64,000 bases of DNA from Nitrososphaeria archaeon (lineage in GTDB: Archaea > Thermoproteota > Nitrososphaeria > JACIWG01), in contig JBEKIG010000004.1 in the NCBI GenBank assembly GCA_050011875.1, positions 128,001 through 192,000 on the forward strand, written 5' to 3'. Both the position numbers and the translations under genes were made by a program. The notes under the pieces are model-generated. The model was not told the origin of the DNA, searched no databases, and saw only the letters and a program-made list of their open reading frames with translations. This document shows positions 39,216 to 49,112 of this stretch, piece by piece (position 1 is the stretch's first letter; the number at the start of each line of letters is the position of its first letter).

Positions 39216-39653
39216 CTACACGATTATAGACGAAAGGTTTGCGATGCGAGGCCATCTTTCAGCGGCCTCTGACGCGACAGGACCCTTTATTTCGGTGCCT
39301 TTAACATCACCCTCAGGAGTTATAATCACTGCTGCGTTATCTTCAAAAGATATTCTTGAACCAGAAATACGTCGTACAGGATACCTTTGCCTAACGACTA
39401 TCGCTGTAAAGACCTGTTTCTTGAGATCAGGAGGACCCTTCTTGACAACAACACTAATCTTATCGCCTACTGAAGCAGATGGAATACGTCTAAGCCTACC
39501 ATGGTACTGCAAGACCTGTACAACCCTCAAAGTCCTTGCACCCGTGTTGTCTGCACAGTTTATGACGGCTGTTACAGGTATACCTCTTGAAATGTAGGGC
39601 TTGAATTCTTCAGCGCCCTTTGCGGATACTGCTCTAGACTTACCGCTTGACAT
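39216..39653 (-). CDS. rpl14: 50S ribosomal protein uL14
   Basis: CADNTGA, FEDNAAVI, KGPVA. Confidence 0.98.
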   Translation of the reverse strand: MSSGKSRAVSAKGAEEFKPYISRGIPVTAVINCADNTGARTLRVVQVLQYHGRLRRIPSASVGDKISVVVKKGPPDLKKQVFTAIVVRQRYPVRRISGSRISFEDNAAVIITPEGDVKGTEIKGPVASEAAERWPRIANLSSIIV

Positions 39654-39654
39654 A

Positions 39655-39981
39655 TTATTTACTACCTCTGTTTTCTAGTACAACAAAAGACACGGTCTTA
39701 GAAAGAGGTCTGCACTCTCCAAGAGTAACGTTGTCGCCTACCTCAACAGTGATACACTGCGGAAGTTTCGCGTGAACCTTCTTTCTTAACCTATAGTATC
39801 TATTGAACTTGGTGGAGTACCTTGTAAGCTCCTTTTCGACAACCACAATATTCTTAGCCTCTACACTAGCCACTTTACCGGTCTGCAATATTCCCCTAAC
39901 AGGTAGACTTCCGTGGAAAGGGCACAGCGAATCACTGCACGTTCTTTCTGGAGGTTTTAGGGGGATACCAACATTCCTCAC
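39655..39981 (-). CDS. rps17: 30S ribosomal protein uS17
   Basis: CPFHG, GECRPLSKT. Confidence 0.98.
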   Translation of the reverse strand: MRNVGIPLKPPERTCSDSLCPFHGSLPVRGILQTGKVASVEAKNIVVVEKELTRYSTKFNRYYRLRKKVHAKLPQCITVEVGDNVTLGECRPLSKTVSFVVLENRGSK

Positions 39982-39987
39982 AAAATT

Positions 39988-40257
39988 TCACCTTAACCTT
40001 AATAGTCTAACCTCAGGCCTCCCTAAGATGAGGGAGCCTGGAAGTTCTGTCAACTGACCTGAAGGCAGAGTAAATTCAAACGTGCAGGCTGCCTTAGGTG
40101 CGGCTAGATTCCTTCTTCCATTGTTAAAGTATATCATATTCTTCGTCTCCAGTACAACCTTCCCTTTTGAGCCAACTAAACTCTCAATCTTTGAGTTAAC
40201 TATTTTAACGTTCAAACAGATAAGCTCGTGATATCTCAGATTACTTGATGTAATCAT
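39988..40257 (-). CDS. rnp1: RNase P protein subunit Rpp29
   Basis: HELI, GKVVLETKN, GRPEVRL; conserved position. Confidence 0.92.
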   Translation of the reverse strand: MITSSNLRYHELICLNVKIVNSKIESLVGSKGKVVLETKNMIYFNNGRRNLAAPKAACTFEFTLPSGQLTELPGSLILGRPEVRLLRLR

Positions 40258-40259
40258 GT

Positions 40260-40493
40260 TTACCTATTCGCCTCATTTGTTTTGCTAATCTTCCTGAGAC
40301 TTCTTGCAGTTTCCAGCCTCGCGATATTCCTTCTTATGCTCTTAATCATGCCAGTCTCCTTCTTAAGAGCACCTCTTGTTGACATACCCCTGAGCCTAGA
40401 GTATTCGTTACGGAGCTCAAGTAGCCTTTTTTCGAGCTCCTCTGCGGAGAGATTAAGTAACTCCTTCTCCTTCAGCTTTTTCAACAACTTCAC
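40260..40493 (-). CDS. rpl29: 50S ribosomal protein uL29
   Basis: IRRNIARLET. Confidence 0.95.
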   Translation of the reverse strand: MKLLKKLKEKELLNLSAEELEKRLLELRNEYSRLRGMSTRGALKKETGMIKSIRRNIARLETARSLRKISKTNEANR

Positions 40494-41121
40494 CTTCTTT
40501 CACAGGCTCAGCGACCTGCTTTAATTGGAATTCAGGAGTCATTCTACTCTTCAAAGCGATTTTGACTTTAACACCGAAAAGACCGGCTTTAAGGAGAACG
40601 CTCGTTGTACCCTTTAGAACAGCGACCCTCGCGATCTCTCCACTCTTCGGGACTACTCCTGCAACAAACTTTTGGTAGTGTGCGCGTTCACTTCTTATTT
40701 TACCAGAAATTATTATTTCACAACCTAAGGCGCCGGCGTTCATTATCTGATTTAGCGCCCAGATTGCCGTCCTTCTAAAGGGTGTACCCTTCTGCATAGA
40801 TGCCGCGATCCTTTCACAAATCACTCTTGGGTTAGCTTCAGGGACTTCAATTTCAGCAACAGAAATCTGTATATTATTTAGATTGAACTTAGAAGTAAGC
40901 TTGTCTGAAATGTCTTTAATTCCTATACCTCTCCTACCGATGACAAGGCCAGGTCGAGTGACGTAAAGGGTCAACTTTACACCCAATGGGCCTTCAGAAA
41001 CTTGTACTCCACCGTATCCAGCGTCCTTCAATTCCTGCTCAAGGTATTCGTCTAACCCTACGTAAGTCAACTGTTTGACCAAAATCTTCTTAATCGGAGA
41101 ACGCTCTATCTGTTCAGACAT
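40453..41121 (-). CDS. rps3: 30S ribosomal protein uS3
   Basis: AGYGG, RPGLVIGRRG KH motif, GCEIIISGK; likely start MSEQ. Confidence 0.97.
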   Translation of the reverse strand: MSEQIERSPIKKILVKQLTYVGLDEYLEQELKDAGYGGVQVSEGPLGVKLTLYVTRPGLVIGRRGIGIKDISDKLTSKFNLNNIQISVAEIEVPEANPRVICERIAASMQKGTPFRRTAIWALNQIMNAGALGCEIIISGKIRSERAHYQKFVAGVVPKSGEIARVAVLKGTTSVLLKAGLFGVKVKIALKSRMTPEFQLKQVAEPVKEGEVVEKAEGEGVT

Positions 41122-41125
41122 AATC

Positions 41126-41590
41126 TTACGCCATCTCCCTTCCAACAAGCTCTATATGAACTAGTACATGAAAATTGGGGGAGGAGCGTCCCATAGCCCT
41201 TGGGACGAAATCCTTTATCACTAAACCCCTATACGCGTTAGCATGAACAACAGCAACCTTGTCAACATTCATACCCTTAAATGAAGCATTATTTTCCAGA
41301 TTATCTAAAAGCTTTAGAAAAACTTCGGCTGCTTTAACAGGATAACGTCCTGCCACATAGCCCGGAGTAGAAGACTTGTGTGAGACCTGCTCATGGTAGC
41401 GTGCAAAAGATATAGCGACCTTCTTTTTAATAACATCCTCCAAAAGCTTCCTTGCTTTTGCAATATTCATCCCCTTTATCGTCTTACAGATCTCTCTTGC
41501 ATGCTTTGGTGAAATATTGACTTCACGAGCGCTAGCCCTAACGTATAAAAGTGGTTCTCCTACTTGGAAACTGTACCCAAACTTAGGCAA
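41126..41590 (-). CDS. rpl22: 50S ribosomal protein uL22
   Basis: ISPKHAREIC, GRYPVKAA, PRAMGR. Confidence 0.97.
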   Translation of the reverse strand: MPKFGYSFQVGEPLLYVRASAREVNISPKHAREICKTIKGMNIAKARKLLEDVIKKKVAISFARYHEQVSHKSSTPGYVAGRYPVKAAEVFLKLLDNLENNASFKGMNVDKVAVVHANAYRGLVIKDFVPRAMGRSSPNFHVLVHIELVGREMA

Positions 41591-42012
41591 ATATCATCAC
41601 CGGGTAAGTTAACCCCAATTTCTATTAGCATAAATACTTTAATTAATTTGGGGAAAAAAAAGTTAAAGGGTAGCAACAAGAAATTATATGAGAAAAAAAG
41701 GTTTAAGGACTTTGAATAACAATTACTTTAAAACCAAGTGGATGATGGAGAATAGAGCAAACAGGGGCGCGGGGAAGACCTTATTCCTCCGGAACAATAA
41801 CCAAATATACTTTAGACCTGTATGTTATATATCACTTTCAGTTTTGTAACTAGCCAGCTTTTTCGAGGTCAACGATAAATCTAACCAAGAGCTTCCTTCA
41901 AAATTTAAACATACATAAGATAGTAAGATAACAGGGTATTTTCCCTTTGCGATCGAAGTTATCGCTGCACACAGTGACCTCGAAAGAAAACGAGACCTCT
42001 ATTGGACTGAAT

Positions 42013-42408
42013 CTACTTCAGAGGCACGTACAGACTTGAACGGGATGCACCAATGCCTGGGGTGCCGTGAACAACCTTTTTGTTTGTTATCGCGAATTCC
42101 CCGAGATAGTGGCCTATCATCTCAGGTTTTATTTCTACAGGAAAGAACTCTTTTCCGTTATGGACTTGAATGGTTGCACCGACCATGAATGGTAGAATGA
42201 TCATGTCCCTTGTATGAGTCTTTACAGGGTTCTTTTTGGGGATTTCCTTCGATTTTTTGACATCGTCGAGAAGCTTTGTCTTTTCTTTACTCAACCCCCT
42301 GTTAAGGGAACGACGCATCCGTGATGGCAGAAGACCGATGAAGGTCTCATACGACATTTCCTGCAACTGTTCAAGCGTGTAACCCCTATACTTAAACTCC
42401 TTAGGCAT
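42013..42408 (-). CDS. rps19: 30S ribosomal protein uS19
   Basis: [26 protein letters not shown]. Confidence 0.98.
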   Translation of the reverse strand: MPKEFKYRGYTLEQLQEMSYETFIGLLPSRMRRSLNRGLSKEKTKLLDDVKKSKEIPKKNPVKTHTRDMIILPFMVGATIQVHNGKEFFPVEIKPEMIGHYLGEFAITNKKVVHGTPGIGASRSSLYVPLK

Positions 42409-42412
42409 CCTT

Positions 42413-43147
42413 CTACCTCACCTCTAACGTTCTTCTTATACGCTTCCTACCAGTTTTTCTTGGCGCTATATGACCAACTTTTCTGCCAGGTGGGGCATTT
42501 CTTGAAGTCGAAGTTGACTTTCCGGGATGCTGGTGTCTACCTCCACCGAAGGGATGGTGTACGGCAGCCATCGCAATACCTCTCATACGCGGATAGAGTT
42601 TGATCTTTGCTTCCATCAAGTGATGTTTCGCTCCAGCTTTAAGAAACGGTTTTTCTCCGAAGCCGCTTCCAGCTATTACTCCCATTGTGGCTCTACACCT
42701 CCCATCGAGTAAGATCATCTTGCCGCTTGGGAACTTTATAATACTGCCCTGAGCCGACTGCGAAAACAGTATTGCAGAGGTACCGGCAGCTTTAACTAAC
42801 TTGCCGCCATCTCCTGGATGTCTTTCAATATTACATATGGCGGAACCTTCGATGACTTCCTTAAGCATCAAAATATTACCATTTTTCATTTTGGCCTTAG
42901 GCCCCAGTTCGATATCTGAACCAACTACAGTGCCCCGGATTGCAGGAAGGTAATAGAACTTTTCTCCGATCTTCAATTGAGCCAACGGTGCCATTCTACC
43001 ACGTTCATGTTGCAGTCTCATAACTGAGCCTACAGTCTTCTCTCCGCTAATAGGCGGGTAAAGCGTCTGACTAATTTTGCCAACCTTAGGAGCACGATAC
43101 TGTGAATGTCCCATCCCTCTTCTTTGCTGAATCAACGACTTGCCCAT
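42413..43147 (-). CDS. rpl2: 50S ribosomal protein uL2
   Basis: MGK...[28 protein letters not shown]. Confidence 0.98.
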   Translation of the reverse strand: MGKSLIQQRRGMGHSQYRAPKVGKISQTLYPPISGEKTVGSVMRLQHERGRMAPLAQLKIGEKFYYLPAIRGTVVGSDIELGPKAKMKNGNILMLKEVIEGSAICNIERHPGDGGKLVKAAGTSAILFSQSAQGSIIKFPSGKMILLDGRCRATMGVIAGSGFGEKPFLKAGAKHHLMEAKIKLYPRMRGIAMAAVHHPFGGGRHQHPGKSTSTSRNAPPGRKVGHIAPRKTGRKRIRRTLEVR

Positions 43148-43159
43148 TTACAATCACCA

Positions 43160-43426
43160 CTATACTATACCGATCTTTGAAGCCAGCTCCGATGCGGGAT
43201 ACTCGTTCGCAAGGCGCACATAAGCCTTTTTCCCCTTTTTTGTAATAAGAAGGTTAACCTTTTCAACTTTGACGCTGTAAATGGTTTCCACGGCGTCTTT
43301 AACCCTATCCTTATCACCTTTCCCATCTACAATAAAAGTTAATGTATTATTGCTATTAATAAGCACAGAAGTCTTTTCAGTAACATAAGGATATTTAATG
43401 ACTTTCATGGCTTCAACCTTGTTCAT
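43160..43426 (-). CDS. rpl23: 50S ribosomal protein uL23
   Basis: PYVTEK, KKAYVRL. Confidence 0.97.
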   Translation of the reverse strand: MNKVEAMKVIKYPYVTEKTSVLINSNNTLTFIVDGKGDKDRVKDAVETIYSVKVEKVNLLITKKGKKAYVRLANEYPASELASKIGIV

Positions 43427-44220
43427 GATACAACACCCTTGAACTTCTCATCCAGCTTACTTAGCGATGACTCGGTCCAAATAGCGAATCTTAAAGGATG
43501 ACCTCCAGTGACAAAGTCAAGAACTGACAGCGAAGAGACATCTACAACCTTTACGCCCGGAATGTTTCCAGCGGCGTTCATTAGACCATTTTCCTTAGAG
43601 GACACTACTATAAGAGGCCCAACTGGAACACGTTTCCCACGACCCCTTCTTCTAGCATTTCCACTTCTCTTCTTTATGCCATCCTTTATCCTCTGCATTT
43701 CTTCATCCAACCCCCAGAGCTTAAAGGCGTTGATGACATCCTTGACCTTCGTAACCTGCTCAAAGTCTGACGTGACAATGAATGGGAATGAGGGAACATT
43801 CTGAACTTTGTGGCCTCTATTCTCCGCAACCTCCTTCAAAGAAGTAGCTGAGATTGCAGATGCTAAGGCCAGCAATCGTTCTTTCTTGTTAACTTTCCTA
43901 TAGATAACTTTCTCAGCCTTCAATGGATGAGGCAACCTACCCTTAACAACACTTGCAACACCAGCCGCCTGACCGGATCTGCTGTATCTTTCACCCTTAA
44001 CCCGTGGAACCCTTGCTACACCTCTGCCGGTTTGCCAAGAAATAGCGGAAGTCTTCTCACCAGCCTGTGGATCTCTTCCTTCAGGCTGCAGAGAATGAGT
44101 CCACTGCGCAAGATACACATTGTGTATTACATCTGGTCTGTAGCGTACTGTGAAAACCATAGGAAGGGATATCTGAGACTTCTCGGAACCGTCAAGACCG
44201 TAAACTGGAACTTCCGGCAT
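43423..44220 (-). CDS. rpl4: 50S ribosomal protein uL4
   Basis: TGRGVARVPR, KVNKKER, GPLIV. Confidence 0.97.
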   Translation of the reverse strand: MPEVPVYGLDGSEKSQISLPMVFTVRYRPDVIHNVYLAQWTHSLQPEGRDPQAGEKTSAISWQTGRGVARVPRVKGERYSRSGQAAGVASVVKGRLPHPLKAEKVIYRKVNKKERLLALASAISATSLKEVAENRGHKVQNVPSFPFIVTSDFEQVTKVKDVINAFKLWGLDEEMQRIKDGIKKRSGNARRRGRGKRVPVGPLIVVSSKENGLMNAAGNIPGVKVVDVSSLSVLDFVTGGHPLRFAIWTESSLSKLDEKFKGVVS

Positions 44221-45245
44221 TACGCAGCACCCTTAATCGCAATAGGCGATACACTCATCTGAATGATCTTAGGAGCCACAGGTTTTTCTGCTCTCTTTCT
44301 AATAGCAAACCTCATTACAACCGGACGTTTAGGCGGCCCCTGAACACTACCATCAATGATTAAATAATCGCCTTTAACGACACCAAAGTGTTCAAAACCT
44401 CCTTTAGGATTAAACATCGTGTCTGCGCTAGTGGAATCAGCTAATAGAACCCTCTTGCCATATTCCACCCTTTGACTGAAACCCATCTGTCCTGCTCTGG
44501 CAACAGTGTAAACCACAGTAGCTGGATGCCATGGGCCAATGCATCCGACAGCTCTAACACTCTTTCTTGACTTGTGCTGTTTCTTCTTTATACCGAACCT
44601 TTTAACTGGGCCTTGGAAGCCCTTGCCTCTGGTTATTCCTATTGTGTCAATATATTCTCCTGGTCTGAAAACGTCTTTAGCGCGTATTTGACTACCGAGT
44701 ATCGATTTTGCGTAATCCAATCTTTCCTTAAGGGATTTACCGCCACCAACTTCTACTTCATAGATGATGGGATTCTTCTGGGGCAGATTAGCTTGTGAGG
44801 GTTCAGCGCCCACAAAAATCATAACACGTTTAGTCTTTTCAGCAAAACTATCTAAAGCATTAACATCGAACTTCTTCTTCAAACAACCTTTTGGCAGCAC
44901 ACGCTCATAGACCTTTGGAAGCTTGTCAGAATAAACTTCAGTGAGCGCATATTCACCATAAACATCCTTACCATACAATCTTATTCCACAAACAGTTAAT
45001 GGAGGAGAAGCAACAATTGTTGTAACTCTGAAGACTGGTTTACCAAAAGTTGGAGTCTTGGGATTATCTCCTGTGACAATGGCATGTGTCGTGCCAGCTT
45101 TGAAGCCAATAAAACCCAATAAGATAGGCTTAGGGCTGTCAATGTCGGCCCAGTTCTTTACACGCGGTGTGATATCACCAGCCCTTCCTCTTGGGCGAAA
45201 AGCCAGCGAACCATGTCTCGGAGCACTCTGCTTTCTATGTCCCAC
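44220..45245 (-). CDS. rpl3: 50S ribosomal protein uL3
   Basis: PRHGSL, GFKAG, GKGFQGPVKRFG, GCIGPWHP. Confidence 0.98.
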   Translation of the reverse strand: MGHRKQSAPRHGSLAFRPRGRAGDITPRVKNWADIDSPKPILLGFIGFKAGTTHAIVTGDNPKTPTFGKPVFRVTTIVASPPLTVCGIRLYGKDVYGEYALTEVYSDKLPKVYERVLPKGCLKKKFDVNALDSFAEKTKRVMIFVGAEPSQANLPQKNPIIYEVEVGGGKSLKERLDYAKSILGSQIRAKDVFRPGEYIDTIGITRGKGFQGPVKRFGIKKKQHKSRKSVRAVGCIGPWHPATVVYTVARAGQMGFSQRVEYGKRVLLADSTSADTMFNPKGGFEHFGVVKGDYLIIDGSVQGPPKRPVVMRFAIRKRAEKPVAPKIIQMSVSPIAIKGAA

Positions 45246-45300
45246 AGTGAATCACTTGCGTATCTTACCATTTCTAAAGTGTTTTTAAAGGTTTACCTTT

Positions 45301-46155
45301 TTATCCTCGAACTTTCTGGATCAAATTGATTATTGAGAGAGAGATAAGTATTGCTTCTTCAGACCTTACCGTCACTGTGCCCTGCCCTGGCACGAAGTTT
45401 AATGAAAAATCAGCCACTTTTTCCGGTGTCATATTCTCCTCCTTTAAAATGTCATAGAGACCCTTTCTCGGCGAACCAAAGATCAGGGCAATGCTATCAA
45501 CTTGCTTTGTGGCCCTACATAATTCTCCAAAATTCTCCTCTGCAGGCGCACCTAACCTCGATGTGATAATTTTGAGTCCGCTGAAACCACTTTTCAGAGC
45601 ACGCCCAATGGCACCAACCCTAATCACCTTGTAACCCCAATATTCCTTGATTTCCCCAGCAAAAGCCCGCCTACATAATATTTCAGGGGTGAGTTCTTGC
45701 ACGACAGCAGTTATACGTTCACCTTCGAAACCATGGCCATCATACTTGATAAGAGACTTTAGACCAACGTCAACGTAATTGATACCACTCTTCTTTAGGA
45801 CAACACCCTCCCTAACATCACCGACCTTAAGGTCCTCTAGATGAATGTACGGCTTGTGATGAGGAGTTCGAAGTGGAGGAAGAATCCCCGCTTCCCTAAG
45901 ATTTTCATTCTTTGGGAAAAGATGCTTTCTGAGATACTGGGGGGTCTCCGCATACTCTAGGATAAGTTTCATGATCTTGAAGTCCTGCTCAAAGGGCCCA
46001 ATTTCTTTGTAGATGTAGATCTTTTCCACTTTGAAGATCGAACAAGATCTTGCTATCGAGCCCAGCTTGAGAGTCTTATCCCTCAGATTTGACTCCTCAC
46101 AGAGGATAGAATCTGGGATATAGATTGATAGGACCATGTCAAGCATGGCTAACAC
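45301..46155 (-). CDS. SPOUT-family RNA methyltransferase (MTH1/DUF171 type)
   Basis: IARSCSIFKV, ETPQYLRK, PPLRTPHH, PGQGTVTVRSEEA; conserved position upstream of rpl3. Confidence 0.93.
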   Translation of the reverse strand: MLAMLDMVLSIYIPDSILCEESNLRDKTLKLGSIARSCSIFKVEKIYIYKEIGPFEQDFKIMKLILEYAETPQYLRKHLFPKNENLREAGILPPLRTPHHKPYIHLEDLKVGDVREGVVLKKSGINYVDVGLKSLIKYDGHGFEGERITAVVQELTPEILCRRAFAGEIKEYWGYKVIRVGAIGRALKSGFSGLKIITSRLGAPAEENFGELCRATKQVDSIALIFGSPRKGLYDILKEENMTPEKVADFSLNFVPGQGTVTVRSEEAILISLSIINLIQKVRG

Positions 46156-46195
46156 TTAATATTATATATGCTGTACTATGTGGCTTAGTCGATAA

Positions 46196-46579
46196 ATGAT
46201 GTCAGAAGAGGATAACGAACTAAGGATACTTAAAGCAAGGAGGTACGCGGAGCTGGCGAAAAAACTGAAAGTGCAGACTAAAGTAACAAAGGTGAAGACG
46301 CCAAGGGACATATTGCTGGAACAATTGACAGACAGAGGGGACGAAGTCCTTTTCAAAGCAGAACAGAGTTATCCTAAGGAGATGCAGATTGTCGAAGAAA
46401 AACTTGCTGAACTCATCCGAACAGGTGAGATAAATCAGAAGATAAAAGGAGGCCAACTACTACAGCTTCTGAGGATGCTAGGTTTGAACGTGGCAATTGA
46501 GACTAAGATCGAATTCTATGAAGATGGGGAGTTTATATCCTTCCAGGATAAAGTTAAGAAGTCCATTGAGAAAGGTTAG
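46196..46579 (+). CDS. PDCD5-like dsDNA-binding protein
   Basis: EDNELRILK, LTDRG.E.L, ETKI pattern. Confidence 0.75.
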   Translation: MMSEEDNELRILKARRYAELAKKLKVQTKVTKVKTPRDILLEQLTDRGDEVLFKAEQSYPKEMQIVEEKLAELIRTGEINQKIKGGQLLQLLRMLGLNVAIETKIEFYEDGEFISFQDKVKKSIEKG

Positions 46580-46734
46580 AATTTTTTCATGCGCTCTTTC
46601 CTTACAGATTTTGTGGAGCTTCGCCTGTCCTTTCATAAACAGTCCTTAACAAAATCCTCACATTAGAAAGTTCTCAGCCATCATTCTTTATACTATGCTG
46701 TTAATAATTTAAACAAAAAAGAAAATGTTTTCAT

Positions 46735-47766
46735 TTATTGTTTGATACGGTTCATGGCCTTTTCAGCGATGGCTTTTGCCATTCCAAGAGTGGAAGCGTT
46801 TCCTCCTAAATCGTATGTCACGCTCTTTTTTTCGGCAATCACTTCTTCTGTTGCATCAAAGATTGCTTTGCCAGGCGCCATTTCACCGAGGTACATCAAC
46901 ATCCATGCGGCTGAGAGTATCATAGCTGTTGGATTAACTTTGTACAAGCCCTTATATTTCGGAGCGCTACCGTGAGCAGGCTCAAATAAGGCATAACCAT
47001 CCCCGAAGTTTGCAGAGTATATGCATCCAATGCTACCTACAAGACCGGAAGCTTCCTCAGATATGATGTCCATGAACAGGTTTGAGCCCAGTATGATGTT
47101 CTGATTGAATCTTTGTGGGTTCTTAACAAGCTGCTGGGACATATTGTCAATATAATATTCTTCAAATTCTATCCCTCGAAAACTCTTGGAAATCTTGTCA
47201 ACAGATTCCATAAAGATTCCATCGCATTCTCTCATTATATTCCGTTTTGTGACAACAACTATCTTAGTCCACCCTCTTTCTTCGGCGAGCTCGAATGCCT
47301 TTCTTGCAACCTTTTCAGACTGTTTTCTGGTAATCTTTCTTATAGCAATTGCAGCATCATCGCCGATTTTATGCTCTAAGCCACTATAGAGACCTTCAGT
47401 GGTTTCTCTAACACATACAAAATCGACTTCACCAAGGGGGCCTATGAAGCCCTTGAATGTTTTAATAGGTCTGACATTTGCGTAAAGGTCAAATTTCTGT
47501 CGAATACTGACGACGACGCTCCTAGGGGCGCCACTTATCGATGGCGTGGTCAAAGGCGCCTTCAGGCACACATCTGCTTTCTTAAGCTTTTCCCATGTTT
47601 CGTTGGGGATAAATGATTCTCCTCCATGAGTCTGCCACCATTCGTATCCCGCATCGCATTCAACAAAATCAATCTTCGGTTTTACAGAGTCAAAAACGAT
47701 CTGTACTGCTTCAATTAGCTCAGGACCTACTCCGTCACCCTTAATTAATGCAACTTGCTTAGCCAA
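46735..47766 (-). CDS. Isocitrate/isopropylmalate dehydrogenase family protein
   Basis: GDGVGPE, LYANVRP, RETTEGLY, NLFMDIISE, EPAHGSAP, TYDLGG. Confidence 0.95.
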   Translation of the reverse strand: MAKQVALIKGDGVGPELIEAVQIVFDSVKPKIDFVECDAGYEWWQTHGGESFIPNETWEKLKKADVCLKAPLTTPSISGAPRSVVVSIRQKFDLYANVRPIKTFKGFIGPLGEVDFVCVRETTEGLYSGLEHKIGDDAAIAIRKITRKQSEKVARKAFELAEERGWTKIVVVTKRNIMRECDGIFMESVDKISKSFRGIEFEEYYIDNMSQQLVKNPQRFNQNIILGSNLFMDIISEEASGLVGSIGCIYSANFGDGYALFEPAHGSAPKYKGLYKVNPTAMILSAAWMLMYLGEMAPGKAIFDATEEVIAEKKSVTYDLGGNASTLGMAKAIAEKAMNRIKQ

Positions 47767-48086
47767 CTATATACACTATAAGAGCTACGTATAGTTGTCA
47801 ATTAAATCTTTCGCATAACCTGATTATAAAATTTTAACTCCAAAACCAGTCGCAACAAAAAACAAGATTTCATGTGAGAACCAAATTTTCATGACATCGA
47901 AGTAATGACGTAAATAATGCATATGTTGGATTTCAAATAAATGAAGATAAAGGAATGGATTTAGTTACGCCTTTAATCACATTAAATTGTAAAAAAAGCG
48001 GCTGCTACACTTGGAGGTCGTTCTAATGTTAGAACAATTCGTTCAAATTATAGTATTATCTCTACTACCATACATCACATAAAGCG

Positions 48087-48851
48087 ATGGAAATGAACAA
48101 AGGACAAAAGATAGTGACAATCTCTATATTAGCGCTTGCGATAGTTCTTATATCAAGCTCCTTATATCCAATACTAGCTAGCGCTCCGACCACTGACACA
48201 AATATACCGGCGGAACACACTATTTCAGTTACTGGAACAGGGGATGTCAAAGTCAACCCTGACCTAGCAATAATCCTGTCCAGCGCAGTTACAAAAGGAA
48301 ATACAACAAACGATGCGGTAGCGATGAATTCTGAAATCCTCAACAACCTTTTAGAAAGATTAACAGGAATAGACATAACAAAAGACCAGATACAGACAAC
48401 TGGTTACAACATCTACCCAGTCTACGAGTATCCAAAGGACAACAGTCAACCCTACATAGTGGGATACACAGTTCAACACAACCTCGAGGTGTCAGTTAAT
48501 AATACAGATGTAACACAACTAGGAGTGACCGCAGGAAATGTAATCGATGAGGCAGTTACCGCTGGCATAAACCAGGTATCGGGAGTACAGTTCACCATAT
48601 CAGAGCAAAGCCTTAAGCAGTTAAATAGTCAAGCACTACAATTAGCAATATCCGAAGCTTCGGATAAAGCAAACATTACAGCTAAAGCATTAGATGTTAA
48701 GATCGTCGGTATACAGTCAGCTTGTGAGAGTTCACCGACTCCAAATCCTGTCTTCAACACAGTAGACACAAAGCAAGGACAAGGAACAACATTTATCCCA
48801 GGAGCAGTCACCATATCAACTTCGATAAATATTGTATATATCATAGGCTAG
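48087..48851 (+). CDS. SIMPL (DUF541) domain secreted protein
   Basis: Signal/TM, TISVTGTG.V...PD.A, IQTTGYNIYP. Confidence 0.9.
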   Translation: MEMNKGQKIVTISILALAIVLISSSLYPILASAPTTDTNIPAEHTISVTGTGDVKVNPDLAIILSSAVTKGNTTNDAVAMNSEILNNLLERLTGIDITKDQIQTTGYNIYPVYEYPKDNSQPYIVGYTVQHNLEVSVNNTDVTQLGVTAGNVIDEAVTAGINQVSGVQFTISEQSLKQLNSQALQLAISEASDKANITAKALDVKIVGIQSACESSPTPNPVFNTVDTKQGQGTTFIPGAVTISTSINIVYIIG

Positions 48852-48874
48852 CAAAAACCTAACCATTCATCAAT

Positions 48875-48912
48875 GAAGGCAAATTGGATGATAAGGCCTT
48901 CCCTCCCTTTTT
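48875..48912 (+). terminator. Hairpin followed by pyrimidine/T tract
   Basis: GAAGGC...GCCTTC then CCTCCCTTTTT just after the SIMPL stop. Confidence 0.35.
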
Positions 48913-49112
48913 ATTAACGGGCATTAATAAAAAATGATCCTGCAGCTAAGGGTAAACAAAAAACACTTTTTGATTTGAACAAAAATGAAAACATATTTCA
49001 TACAACAAATTCGTAATAAAAGAAGGAAAATTTATCGATGATAAAGGCATAAAACCAAGGCAGACAAACATATAGCTGAGTAGAGAGAAAAGATAGAGTT
49101 CAATAAGGAGTT

